From NCBI GenBank assembly GCA_946965045.2, contig OX337232.1:3224001-3288000 (forward strand): a stretch of 64,000 bases of DNA, in the 5' to 3' direction. Under the pieces are notes generated by a model. The model had not been told where the DNA came from, ran no database searches, and saw only the letters and a program-made list of their open reading frames with translations. Made by a program: the position numbers and the translations under genes. This stretch comes from Epithemia pelagica (Eukaryota; Protista; Bacillariophyta). This document shows positions 1 to 10,456 of this stretch, one piece after another; position 1 is the first letter of the stretch, and the number at the start of each line of letters is the position of its first letter.

Positions 1-3000
1 CGAGGAGGTTGTGGCAAAAACCAAGGTCAACAATCAAACACCCGCTTTCAGGGCCAAGAACCATCGCTGAAAGATTGCGTGTTTGATTATAGTGAAGATC
101 CCCAGTCGAAGCGTTACCTACGCAACGTTGAGTTGTTAGTGGGATACGTGGGGACATCATTCGACTACTACAACCTAGAGTATCAAAAGGCGCTGGAGAA
201 ATTGGAACTTAAAGATCCAGAGAAAGCAAAGATTCCTGATGATCCCACGGACCCCATTCAGATGGAAGAATGGAAAATGGAGTACAAGGCAAGAAAGGAT
301 CAAGTGAAGGCCTATCGCAACTTTCGTGCTTCCTTGTTCAGTGTCATTCTTGGGCAATGTACGCCCCTCATGAAGGACAAGTTGCAAGCCAAACCAGAAT
401 ATGAAGCGATCAACGATGAAAGGGACGGTGTAGCTCTACTCAAGTTGATCAAACAAACAACCTTCACGTTTGATTCCGGCCGAATCTACAAGCAGGTCGG
501 TCGTGACAAGTTGAAAGAAGAGTTTTATGGTTTGAAGCGCAGAAACAATCAAACCCTACACAGCTATTATGAAGTGTTTAGGGCAAAAGTGAAAGTTCTC
601 AATGAGGTCGGTGTGGTGTTGTATGATAAAGATCTCGTGGAGATGATAGCCAAGAAAAATGGAAGGGACCCTCCATCATCTATCGATCGAGAAGAAGCAC
701 AAGAGAGATGTGTTGCGATCCGATTCATCCAAACATGTGGCCATCGAGAGTATGAGGCCCATTTGCAAAACATGTTTTTGGACGGCCACAAGGATGTGTA
801 TCCTGCCACTCTGGCGGATGCAAGGGCAATTCTTGATAACCGCATGACAGGTAAACAGAAGCAACCGAATCAAAACCAACAGACCCCGACTGAGAATGCC
901 ACTGGCATGGCATATCATACACAAGAGTTGGACAACAGCAATGAAAGCCAAGCGGCGTCCACATTGACCGGTAACAGCCACATGACAGCAAATTCACGCC
1001 AAGCCCAGAGTCGAAATGGTAATGGCAACAATAGCCGAGGAAGAGAACAAGCGAGCACGGGCAGCGGCCAATCACGAGGCCATGAATCAAATCAGACACA
1101 AACCAACAATAATGGTGAATGGAATGAGATCAATGAATCAACGGGCCTTCAGGATGCACATCGTGACTCATTCCAATATTCGTTTTCTGCTTCTCCTTCA
1201 CAGGCTAGCATATCCCCCGAATGGCTACTCCTCGACAACCAATTGACAGTAGACATTATCCAAGACCCCAACCTCCTCAAGAATATTCACACAGCCGAGC
1301 GACCAATCATGATCCAAAGTCACGCTGGGCGGCGTCAGATCTCCAAACAAGGCCTACTCCCCGGATATGGCATCGTCTGGCATGACCCGGAAGGGCCGGC
1401 CAACATCATATCACTCAACAACGCACGCACAAGGTTCACAATCAAGTATGACAGCGATAACGGCAACACCTTCAATCTCTTCGACCGATCTTCAGGGCGA
1501 CTCAAACACCAATTCCTGCCAAGTCAAGACGGTTTGTTCTATATGGATACGTCAAGAATGCAGAGTAGTTTCATCACTACGGTTAATGATAATGAATCTG
1601 CTTATTCTCAAGACGAAGTCTATAGGGCTAAACTGGCACGATCATTAATGGCCAAGATAGGTCGTCCATCCACACGTGATTTCGTACACATCATACGAAA
1701 CAATCTGTTACCTAACACAACGATCACTGTGGACGACATCAAGAGGGCCGAGAAAATATATGGACCAGACCTTGGTAGTCTGAAGGGGAAGACGACTCGT
1801 CGTAAATCGCCTGTGGTTGACTTGTCACACACCGTACCACCACGGATCAAAGAAGAACACAAGGATGTGACCCTCACTGTTGATGTTCTCCACGTCAACA
1901 ACATTCCTTTCCTAGCAACGACGTCAAGGAAGTTGCATTTTGGGACCATGGAAGCAATGGCCAATACCACTGATGATGATGTCATGAACTTGTTGCGCAA
2001 AGTGGTTGCGATCTACCGTAGAGGTGGTTTGCGCCCGCGGATGTTACTTGCCGACGGAGCCTTCTGTTCCGACAAGATGAAGACCGAGCTGCAACTGATC
2101 GGTGTATTGTTAAATCCTACCGCAAGAGATGAACATGTGGGAGATATTGAAAGGTACATACGTACAGTAAAAGAAAGGATGAGATGTGTGTATAACACAC
2201 TACCATTCAAAGAAATCCCGAAGGTCATGATCATTGAGATGGCCAAATTCGCTACGTTCTGGCTGAATAGTTTCCCTCATCGGTTGGGGATTTCACAATC
2301 AGAAAGCCCACGACTGCTCGTCACGGGAGAACAAGTGGACTTCAACAAGCATTGTCGCTTCAAATTTGGACAGTACGTCCAATGTCATGAAGAACATGAC
2401 AACACGATGGCGCCCAGGACCATAGGTGCTCTAGCATTGAGGCCTACTGGAAATCGTCAGGGTAGTTATTATTTTTTGACTCTTGTCAGCGGCCGAGTCA
2501 TAACACGGAATCACGCCACAGTCCTACCGATGCCCCAAGAAGTGATCCAACGTGTGCACCAATTGGCTAGAGCCCAGAATATGCAACCAGGATTAGCCTT
2601 CGGTAATAGGGATAATCGGATTTTGTGGATGGATCAAGACAACGACATTTATAACGAAGAAGACGATGAATCCTACACCAATGAAGAAGAGGAGGACATC
2701 GATCTACGCTATGATGAAGAGATGATCGAAGATGAGCTGGTGGATGACGTTAACAATCCCGACTATGTTGATCCGGAAGCAGATGTCAACGGCAAACCTG
2801 CAATCAACCCGATGATTGGTCCCGATGACCAACACATGGAAATTCAAGGAGTGGGTGACCCACTAGCCGTAGAACTTGACGACATGAACGGTCCGGAAAT
2901 TGAAGGAGTGGAGGCAGATGGAGAACTGCCAATCCATCCTATCCCAGAAGATGATGATGGAGGAGGTGCAGTCCCGGAGGAGGCAGTGATGGATGTGGAG

Positions 3001-5000
3001 GAGGAAGTAGAAGAGAATGGGGGGGAGCTAGCCGGTGGAGAGAATATGGAAGAGGGACAAGACACTAACGAAGGTGTCGAAGATAGCAGCGAGGCTGATC
3101 CGGTACATCAACAACAACAACAACAACCACACAGATACAATCTACGGCCGAATCGTGAAAGGAGCTACGCGCACCGATACGGGCACTCGTTTGCTTGCAT
3201 CGATAATCTAAAAGGCGGGCGCTATGATGGAATCCTTCGAGATGGAGTGTTGTTTCTTGTGGCGACTGAGGTGAATCAAGCCACACCGCAGATGCCTATG
3301 AAGAAAGGCATCAAACTGTTTGGGAACAAGGGAGTGGCCGCCGTGAAGGTGGAAATCCAACAATTGCATGATCGAGGAGTACTGAGGGCAGTACACAAAA
3401 CTGACCTCAGTTGGAATGAGATACAACAAGCTCTGGGGTACCTAATGTTCTTGAAACGAAAAAGGTGTGGCAAGATAAAAGGACGAGGCTGTGCCGACGG
3501 ACGCAAACAACGTGCGTACATAGAGAAGGAAGATTCAGCTTCTCCTACCGTGGCCACCGACTCTGTATTCATCACTGCCGTCATTGATGCCTTGGAACGA
3601 CGTGTGGTCGCTGTGGCAGATATCCCAGGTGCATTTATGCACTCGGATATGGATCCTGGAGTGTACATGCGGCTTACTGGTCTAATGGCCGAGCTACTCC
3701 TAGAAGTCGATTATGAAGCATATGCCCCTTATCTGACATACGAGAAGGGCGAGCCGGCTATATATGTGGAAATGTTGAAGGCCCTTTACGGGACGTTGCG
3801 TGCAGCTCGTCTCTTCTGGGAAAAATTGACCGTGGTGCTCAAAAGCTGGGGATTTCAAATCAACCCCTATGATTCATGCGTTGCCAACAAAACAATCAAC
3901 AACAAACAATGTACGGTAACTTGGCACATTGACAATCTGAAGATATTGCATGTGGATGGTGCCGTTGTGACCAAATTTATTGACGACCTCAAAGCAGAAT
4001 TCGGACAGTTGGGAGAAATCTCCGTGTCGGAAGGGACAAGGCACGACTATTTGGGCATGTTCTTAGACTATGGAGAGGATGGGGTTGTGCAGGTGGATAT
4101 GAGATCCTACCTGGACACCATTTTGATCTCGCTACCAAAAGAATGGATCGGTAAAGCACGGTCACCCGCAGCTAAGCATTTATATCATACGGACCCGAAC
4201 GCTCGAAAGCTCAATGAGGAGGAAGCGGATCGATTCCACAGTGTAACAATGCAGTTAGCTTACATGGCGCAAAGAGGACGACCGGGTATACGCACTGCTG
4301 TGGCCTTTTTGAGCACTCGTGTCATGAATCCAGACGTTGACGATCAGAGAAAACTCGGTCGGGTTCTCAAGTACCTACAATCAACCAAGGACTTGATCCT
4401 ACGCCTAGAGGGTGATGGATCTGGAACACTCTGTTGGTGGGCGGATGCCTCCTTCGCTACTCACCCAGACATGAAAGGACAGACCGGCGGAGTAATGACT
4501 ATGGGCAAGGGTGCCGTCATGACTGCCTCGTCAAAACAAAAACTTGTGGCGCGAAGTTCGACCGAATGTGAGTTGATAGGCGTGCACGACGTGTTACCGT
4601 CAATGTTATGGAGTCAGAACTTTCTGAGAGCCCAAGGCCATGAAGTAAAGAACGTTGTACTTCACCAGGACAATCAAAGCAGTATCCTGCTGGAGCGAAA
4701 CGGTCGGTTGTCGAGCTCGAAAAGAACCCAACACATCAATCTACGATATTTTTATATCACAGATTGTATTCGTCGAAAGGACGTGAGTGTGCGTTTCTGC
4801 CCGACGGACGAGATGATTGCTGATTTCTTTACAAAACCGTTGCAGGGTCAAGCTTTTTATCGCCTGCGGGATATCATCATGAATGTGGTCCCGAGTAGTA
4901 AGTATCACTCCTCGGCCCAAAGGAGTGTGTTGAGGATATGTGACCAGGCGACGAGCAGCAGCGAACAAGCCGCGACTGAAGAGAGTGATTCGGAAGCAAA
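1..5000 (+). mobile_element. Ty1/Copia (CoDi-like) LTR retrotransposon, family A; starts before the window and is deleted within its 3' LTR
   Basis: Near-identical to 13750-18749. The 3' LTR starts at 4928 (TGTTGAGGATATG) after the PPT AAAGGAGTG and breaks off at 5000. Confidence 0.95.
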
Positions 5001-5163
5001 CCGCAAACATACAGCATTCTTCGTCACCAATGTGGGTCCCCAATGGGTGGATATTCGGTATCTCGAGGATGGACCGATGGCCACACGGACAAGTCTTCGT
5101 CTCGGGAATGAGACATTGTGGGTTTGGCTGTATCCTCCGAATCAACTCGCAAACGTTTGGTGA
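1..5163 (+). CDS. Copia gag-pol polyprotein (5'-partial) with a chimeric C-terminus
   Basis: Frame is open from base 1. Motifs: PR LLDNQ(L)TVD; IN TVDVLHV/LADG/DIERYIR; RT VADIPGAF, LKALYGT, WHIDNLK; RH WADASF/STECE/HQDNQS/DFFTKPL. About 54 C-terminal codons come from the antisense rhodanese fragment after the 5000/5001 junction. Confidence 0.9.
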   Translation, partial: RGGCGKNQGQQSNTRFQGQEPSLKDCVFDYSEDPQSKRYLRNVELLVGYVGTSFDYYNLEYQKALEKLELKDPEKAKIPDDPTDPIQMEEWKMEYKARKDQVKAYRNFRASLFSVILGQCTPLMKDKLQAKPEYEAINDERDGVALLKLIKQTTFTFDSGRIYKQVGRDKLKEEFYGLKRRNNQTLHSYYEVFRAKVKVLNEVGVVLYDKDLVEMIAKKNGRDPPSSIDREEAQERCVAIRFIQTCGHREYEAHLQNMFLDGHKDVYPATLADARAILDNRMTGKQKQPNQNQQTPTENATGMAYHTQELDNSNESQAASTLTGNSHMTANSRQAQSRNGNGNNSRGREQASTGSGQSRGHESNQTQTNNNGEWNEINESTGLQDAHRDSFQYSFSASPSQASISPEWLLLDNQLTVDIIQDPNLLKNIHTAERPIMIQSHAGRRQISKQGLLPGYGIVWHDPEGPANIISLNNARTRFTIKYDSDNGNTFNLFDRSSGRLKHQFLPSQDGLFYMDTSRMQSSFITTVNDNESAYSQDEVYRAKLARSLMAKIGRPSTRDFVHIIRNNLLPNTTITVDDIKRAEKIYGPDLGSLKGKTTRRKSPVVDLSHTVPPRIKEEHKDVTLTVDVLHVNNIPFLATTSRKLHFGTMEAMANTTDDDVMNLLRKVVAIYRRGGLRPRMLLADGAFCSDKMKTELQLIGVLLNPTARDEHVGDIERYIRTVKERMRCVYNTLPFKEIPKVMIIEMAKFATFWLNSFPHRLGISQSESPRLLVTGEQVDFNKHCRFKFGQYVQCHEEHDNTMAPRTIGALALRPTGNRQGSYYFLTLVSGRVITRNHATVLPMPQEVIQRVHQLARAQNMQPGLAFGNRDNRILWMDQDNDIYNEEDDESYTNEEEEDIDLRYDEEMIEDELVDDVNNPDYVDPEADVNGKPAINPMIGPDDQHMEIQGVGDPLAVELDDMNGPEIEGVEADGELPIHPIPEDDDGGGAVPEEAVMDVEEEVEENGGELAGGENMEEGQDTNEGVEDSSEADPVHQQQQQQPHRYNLRPNRERSYAHRYGHSFACIDNLKGGRYDGILRDGVLFLVATEVNQATPQMPMKKGIKLFGNKGVAAVKVEIQQLHDRGVLRAVHKTDLSWNEIQQALGYLMFLKRKRCGKIKGRGCADGRKQRAYIEKEDSASPTVATDSVFITAVIDALERRVVAVADIPGAFMHSDMDPGVYMRLTGLMAELLLEVDYEAYAPYLTYEKGEPAIYVEMLKALYGTLRAARLFWEKLTVVLKSWGFQINPYDSCVANKTINNKQCTVTWHIDNLKILHVDGAVVTKFIDDLKAEFGQLGEISVSEGTRHDYLGMFLDYGEDGVVQVDMRSYLDTILISLPKEWIGKARSPAAKHLYHTDPNARKLNEEEADRFHSVTMQLAYMAQRGRPGIRTAVAFLSTRVMNPDVDDQRKLGRVLKYLQSTKDLILRLEGDGSGTLCWWADASFATHPDMKGQTGGVMTMGKGAVMTASSKQKLVARSSTECELIGVHDVLPSMLWSQNFLRAQGHEVKNVVLHQDNQSSILLERNGRLSSSKRTQHINLRYFYITDCIRRKDVSVRFCPTDEMIADFFTKPLQGQAFYRLRDIIMNVVPSSKYHSSAQRSVLRICDQATSSSEQAATEESDSEANRKHTAFFVTNVGPQWVDIRYLEDGPMATRTSLRLGNETLWVWLYPPNQLANVW
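4928..5000 (+). repeat. Truncated 3' LTR (first 73 of 243 bp)
   Basis: Matches 18677-18749, then the sequence switches abruptly. Confidence 0.92.
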
Positions 5164-5880
5164 TGGGTCGAAAGTACTGGACCTTGAACTTTTTCTGGTC
5201 CTCCGACATTCGTGGCAATGTCTGTTGCGACACGGATGCATAGGGTTCCATGGCTCGTTTGGCATCTCGTACCGACTGCAACTCCACGACACAGGATCCA
5301 TAAAAGGCATTGGTTCGACGGTCCGTCAACCAATGGAGGATTGCAATGGGTCCCAACAGAGCTTCTAATTTCGTTCTGGTTATAGTCAAGGGCAATCTCG
5401 AGAGAAACAGACAGGTATCACGAAACACTTCAGTACGAGTATCAGGTTTGTCAAACAACGTTTCGAGTGTGCCGTTTCTTCGTTTGGTTGCTTCCCTCCT
5501 GCTGGAGTTGTTCGGCTCGTTGTTTCGTGTGGACCAAATTGGGTCGTACCGTGGGAGCCTGATATCCTTCTTGACAGAGGGGACACTGCAAGGTTTCGGG
5601 ATGGGCCGTGGCATGCGACACACAGGAGGGACACACAATGACGGGGACACCACAAACAACCGTCGATTCCGTCGTCGTCGTCGACTTGCTGGATTTGCCC
5701 GTGCTGCAGTGGAATTGTCCCCGATACTGGGTGCATACGCCGTGACACACGACGCAGGTGGGCAAAAAGGCGGCGGCCGTGGTGGACCTGGCACATTCCA
5801 ATTCGACCTGATCCAAGGGTTTTTCGGCCGGAACTTGTTCCATGCGTCGATCAAACAAATAATTCTTGCCCTTCCACAAA
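5024..5880 (-). pseudogene. 3' fragment of the TrhO-like rhodanese/RRM gene, copy 1
   Basis: Homologous to 33907-34756 (LWKGKNYLFDRR, Cys-rich segment, RRM). It lacks the 5' exons and has a frameshifting deletion near 5480. Confidence 0.9.
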
Positions 5881-6350
5881 GCAGGTCGAATGCGACGATG
5901 CAACTTGACCATTGACAAATGTTTGGCGACATCTTCCGTCATTGTCACGGGTGTTCCTTCAGCAAACTATCTGTTGAGGATATGTGACCAGGCGACGAGC
6001 AGCAGCGAACAAGCCGCGACTAAAGAGAGTGATTCGGAAGCAAAGGATCTAAACTTGAATGACGAAGATGCCGAAGCATGGACTTTGGTCCGTCGACGTG
6101 GCAAAAGCAACAATAGGCAAGATGAACAAGCAAGAGTTCATTCTAAGGAGATTACGTAGTTCGATAAGCCTATAAAGAGTTGCTTTTACGGCACGGCTTG
6201 TTTGAGTTTTAACACTATCGTCTTCCCACCAATCTTGTGCAAGATGGTGTCACCATTGTCAATGTTTCCGAATTTCCCAGTGTGGACGAAACGGCGCTTG
6301 TACGACGAGGAGTCAGGGTCAACTACGTACCACAAGTTGGTAAGATGTGA
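5881..6350 (+). pseudogene. C-terminal fragment of an NAD-dependent methylene-THF dehydrogenase (MTD1/FolD-like), interrupted by the solo LTR
   Basis: Uninterrupted copy at 25303-25524 reads SSVIVTGVPSANYRLPTNLVQDGVTIVNVS...YVPQVGK, resembling the yeast Mtd1 C-terminus as recalled (DVVITGVPSENYKFPTEYIKEG...YVPMTGK). Confidence 0.7.
5972..6214 (+). mobile_element. Solo LTR of Copia family A (243 bp, TG...CA)
   Basis: Single LTR flanked by the 5-bp TSD CTATC at 5967-5971 and 6215-6219. Confidence 0.96.
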
Positions 6351-6496
6351 CTGCAACTTCCTGTAATGGACTCAAAACGTCTACTACTCAGAGTATCGTC
6401 ACGAAATAACATTCTTCATTATCACACAGTAATACCTCTGATATGATCATACTAGGTACAGATTATTTCAATATGAGGAAAACATCCAGAGTCACG

Positions 6497-6557
6497 GATG
6501 TCGGAGGATTTGGTAGATGTCGGATGATGTCCGATGATGTCCGATGTCCGATGATGT
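6497..6557 (+). repeat. Degenerate GATGTC/GATGTCC short-repeat array (also ~19202-19262 and ~25671-25737)
   Basis: Visible GATGTCGG/GATGTCCGAT reiterations. Confidence 0.8.
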
Positions 6558-7875
6558 ATCATCCCAAAAGTTTATACAATAGGACAGCACGTCCACCGTG
6601 TAGAACTAGTACATAAGCCACGTATGTAGGGTGTAGTACTATGTATAAGTAGAATAGAAAAGAAGGAATCTTAGTCTTATTCCCGTGATGTGGAGCGGGC
6701 AGAGACGAGAGAGGTTGTGCGTTGTGCTCTTGCTTGCGTTTTGGCATGAAGAATGAAGACCTCGTCTCCTTGAGACAAGGATACTTCCCTGGTCGTTGCC
6801 ATCTCATTATTATGGACGATACTGGGGCTCTAAGTATCCAACTAATGTTTGTCGTCTGGGCGAGAGCAGTAGTGTTCTTGTCCACAGTGGCAGCAGGCAT
6901 CATAGGTTATCATAGGTTTTGTTTTGTGTCGTCCTTGTAGTTGTGTTGTTGCACCTCTTTGACATCAATCAATTGTTGGATTGTTGCATTTGGACAAGGA
7001 GTTGTTGGTTGTTGCATTGGTTGTCTGCAGTGCTTCTAGCTCGTCCATGTAGTTGTTGATTGTTGTTTTCGTCTTCATCAGGTTGTTGTTTTGGCTTCGA
7101 TAGGAAAGCTGGGAAAACAAGCCTCCCAGAGCCAAGGGCACAATGCATACCATCCTCATCTCTTTTTCTCAATGTTACTGCAGTGGATTGTTGTTTTGGA
7201 CACTGTCTTGTACGTTTGGTGGAGTTGATTGTTGCGCTCGTTGTCATTGTCGCTGCCATTTTCTCGTATGGGGGAGTAGATGTTTTTGCTTAAAGCAGAA
7301 GCTTCCATCGACCGACATTCATGATGGTAGTCTTCCATTGTGATCCATTTCGCTTGTCTTGGTGGCTCCTTCTCTGCGGTTGTTGCAATTGGTGTGTGGG
7401 TCAGAACATTCCAGTTGATTGCCGCATGTCATTGTCGTGGCTCTCCTTCGCCTCATGTAACATAATGCCAGCGGTGGCCATGCCCTCTCTTCTCCACTTG
7501 ATGGCCAGCATCTCCTCATTGAACTCTCCTCTGTACTGGCATTGATGTGAGCGAAGGCTTTTGCAAAAGCACCTGTGGGTTGTTGTCGTTTCGGTTTCTT
7601 GTCCTCCGACAACAAGTACTCCCTCATGGGTATGTCCAGTGAAGCGTGATGCCAGGGTTTGTGAAATTCCCTTCTGCTACATACAGCGCTTTCGTGACCC
7701 GGACAAGTGTCCAGCAAACTATTGAGTAAAACTGGTCACCATAGCCTACGAGTAGGCTATGGTACAGCGATCCTGTGCTGTGGCGCTATGTTAGGTACTG
7801 ATCATCAAGATTTCTAGGACTTCTGTCCGGTAATTTTTTCCGATATCCCTAAGTTTGTCCTATAAATTAGGGCTA
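6558..7875. other. 1,318-bp presence/absence segment of unknown type; second copy at 19263-20580
   Basis: Present in units A and B, absent at ~25730. Flanked by an ATGT direct repeat. No recognisable protein. Confidence 0.75.
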
Positions 7876-8033
7876 ATGTCGGATGTTTTTATCGCCAAAA
7901 GAATATGTACTCTCCAACCGTTGTAATTCTTCAAGAGAAATCACAAGGTTACGAGTCAATGATTGGCGGCAGGCCCAACAACTGAAGGATCACTGCTGGA
8001 TTTTGAGGCAAACCGTGTTTGCGCGCGAGCCCG

Positions 8034-8082
8034 AAACGACATCAAACGACATCAAACGACATCAAACGACATCAAACGACAT
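8034..8082 (+). repeat. 10-bp tandem repeat (AAACGACATC)x~5; also 20739-20787 (x~5) and 25886-25924 (x~4)
   Basis: Directly visible; the copy number differs between units. Confidence 0.9.
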
Positions 8083-8692
8083 ACCTTTCGACATTCCCGT
8101 TTGTTCCGTACTAGTAGAGAATGGTAAATCATATTCTATGGTATCATAATTCATAATACGTACTTTGCTTTAATATTGATCCTTTGTTTTGGTTTTGTCC
8201 GTTGGGTATTGGGAGAGAATATGCGACTCACGTGTAGCTACCGGAAGTTGCAGTTGCGGCGCTGGAGGAAAACCTTCATAAGAAGAATCTTTGCTATGAG
8301 TAGCGTCAGCAACAGAATACACAGGCAGCTATAGCTAGTTTAGCTAGGTTCTCCTAGCAATGTCCAGGAGTCAGTTGAGACGTTTGGATTCCTGGGTTTC
8401 TTGTACACACAAATGAAATCTTGCTGGAGGGCATGGCAACACTGGGCACCTTTTCAGCTGTACGTGGTCCCATGCAGTATCTCGTCGCTGAGCTCTTGAC
8501 GGATGGTGCCTTTTTTATCGAGTCAAGGTCTCGGGTGGTCAAAAGCCTCCGTTCCATCACCCACCCCATGGACCCGGTGTCTCTGAGCCTAAGTGGTATT
8601 TAGATGTCGTCCCCATTCCCGTACAGCTGACAAAAGTAAAACAAAGGCAATGCTTTGGATATTGGCAGCACGACACTCGGTCAAATCATAAT

Positions 8693-10456
8693 CTACGTGA
8701 CCATGTCGTCGCCCAACGTCTCTCCAGTCTCGTCCATGAGGGGTGCCGTCCACTGTATATCTCGGAGACACTCGAAGTCACGAATGGTAGCGGCAGAAAC
8801 GTGAATAGGATTGGGGGGTTGCGATCGCGGACGCTTGCTTCGTCGTTGAGGCGGATGTGGAATGCAGGTGAGCATGTTCATCACGGCATCGGAAGGGCTC
8901 AGGTACACAAGATATATGTTGTCAAACGATTGGAACCATTCACTTTTGTCGCACATCCTTTTGAAAGTGGGCAAAACGTTATCGTGATCTGCGACGTGCA
9001 CTTGCACTGCCCAGACGTCCTTTCCGTCCTTGCTCTTTAGAATCAAATCGATGGCAGGGAAATTCGAGTTTTTCGGTATGAAGAGCGTGTTTTCTGCCAT
9101 CATCTGAGCCGTTGGCAATTCTTGCGTCTCGAAGACCAAGCCGGAGTCCACCGAAGCAGGAAGCACATCTCTCGTTGGATCTTTGGACAGGACTAAGCTC
9201 TTGCGAAATCGCACGATGACAATCAGTTCAAAAAGACGCCCTCGAACATCATTGGAAACGTTGACTTTGGCACATACCGCGAGGAGAACCCTTTCATTTT
9301 TCTCGACAAACTGTATCAAATCGTTCCAGAAGATAGTACGGTACGCCACCAGCACAGCTGGGAAAAGAGGTACAATGAGGCCGTCTCTCCAAGCGGAGTA
9401 TTTCCTGTCGTAGTACAGCACTGAGCTTGGTTCAGGTGGAATCGAGAGCAAGCAATAAACTGCAGCAAGTTTGATAGACTGGATTGCCACCGTATTCGCA
9501 CTATTTTCTGCCAACAACTGGCCGACTGCCGCACCGACGTCGCGGATACATTCAGATTCGTATCTCGCTGGCGATTCCAGATACTCCGCAACTTGCAAGG
9601 GGCACAGTCCCGTCACTTTCTTCAAACGAAGCAGTTCCTCGCCGTGATCATCATGAGCTGCCAAATGAGGCTGCCACACCAGCATTTCCTCGACTGCCAA
9701 AGACAACGGATGATCATAGACACGAAAACCAGGATGGTTTTCTTTGTAAGCCGTTGAATTGTTTGCTGATGCGGAGACCACACACTTCATCCTGTTTCGT
9801 TTATTCAATTGCTTCATAAGATAAAATGGGGGCGGCAACACACCGACATCTTTGGCAGTCGAGAACTGAGGCCGGGCGAATATTCTGTTGATTTGGTCAA
9901 ACACGAAGAACCAATCCTTGTCGATGGTCGGAAGAAGGTCTTCAATGCGATCAATTATCGTCAGCAACGTATCCGTTGTCACCATAGCACGGTCAATACC
10001 AATTGCTTGTGTGCTGGACTTGATCGAACGGCACATAGCCTGCAACAAGCCAAAATTATCCTTCCAGTCTTCACAGGTCGGAATGAACGTGACGATTGCG
10101 CCGCGCGCTCTCAGTCTACGAACCAGGTTGACCATTGAATGAGATTTCCCAATGCCCTGCGGGCCGCGCACAAAGAGACCCTTCACTTGATTCTCGTGAA
10201 TCAGAAGTTCTTCCATCTTCTCGACGATATCGGGTCGATAAAGGACGCCTGAACGACTAGTTTTTTCGAACCGCTCCACCGGAAAGCTCGCCGGCAATTC
10301 AACTGCAAAATCCATGGGATGCATCTTGACCGCAGGGTCAAGATGATGACCATGCTCTTCAACAGCGGCAAATTCCTTCAACGCCTGCAAAAATTTGTCC
10401 ATGATCTGCTCCATTGTCGCCAATGCAATGCAATAGGAGTACAAGTTTTTTTTCAA
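8693..10456 (-). CDS. Crinkler/RHS-type P-loop NTPase + restriction-endonuclease-fold protein, copy 1 (first ATG at 10414)
   Basis: Walker A GPQGIGKS, Walker B FFVFDQIN, SAS-like VVSASAN, GRLFE, and PKNSNFPAID...VWAVQVHV, typical of CR-REase domains. Intronless. Confidence 0.78.
   Translation of the reverse strand: MKKNLYSYCIALATMEQIMDKFLQALKEFAAVEEHGHHLDPAVKMHPMDFAVELPASFPVERFEKTSRSGVLYRPDIVEKMEELLIHENQVKGLFVRGPQGIGKSHSMVNLVRRLRARGAIVTFIPTCEDWKDNFGLLQAMCRSIKSSTQAIGIDRAMVTTDTLLTIIDRIEDLLPTIDKDWFFVFDQINRIFARPQFSTAKDVGVLPPPFYLMKQLNKRNRMKCVVSASANNSTAYKENHPGFRVYDHPLSLAVEEMLVWQPHLAAHDDHGEELLRLKKVTGLCPLQVAEYLESPARYESECIRDVGAAVGQLLAENSANTVAIQSIKLAAVYCLLSIPPEPSSVLYYDRKYSAWRDGLIVPLFPAVLVAYRTIFWNDLIQFVEKNERVLLAVCAKVNVSNDVRGRLFELIVIVRFRKSLVLSKDPTRDVLPASVDSGLVFETQELPTAQMMAENTLFIPKNSNFPAIDLILKSKDGKDVWAVQVHVADHDNVLPTFKRMCDKSEWFQSFDNIYLVYLSPSDAVMNMLTCIPHPPQRRSKRPRSQPPNPIHVSAATIRDFECLRDIQWTAPLMDETGETLGDDMVT

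Noticed and set aside
5024-5932. 302-aa and 201-aa ORFs in the repeat units as genes
   Set aside because: They are frameshifted pseudogene frames and antisense shadows spanning the chimeric junction and the LTR.
7712-7722. CAGCAAACTAT identical to the Copia target flank
   Set aside because: It is an 11-nt match with no insertion or other homology, so chance cannot be excluded.
8034-8082. Short repeat arrays (10-bp AAACGACATC; GATGTC) as CRISPR or iterons
   Set aside because: The repeats are contiguous with no unique spacers, there are no cas genes, and the context is eukaryotic.
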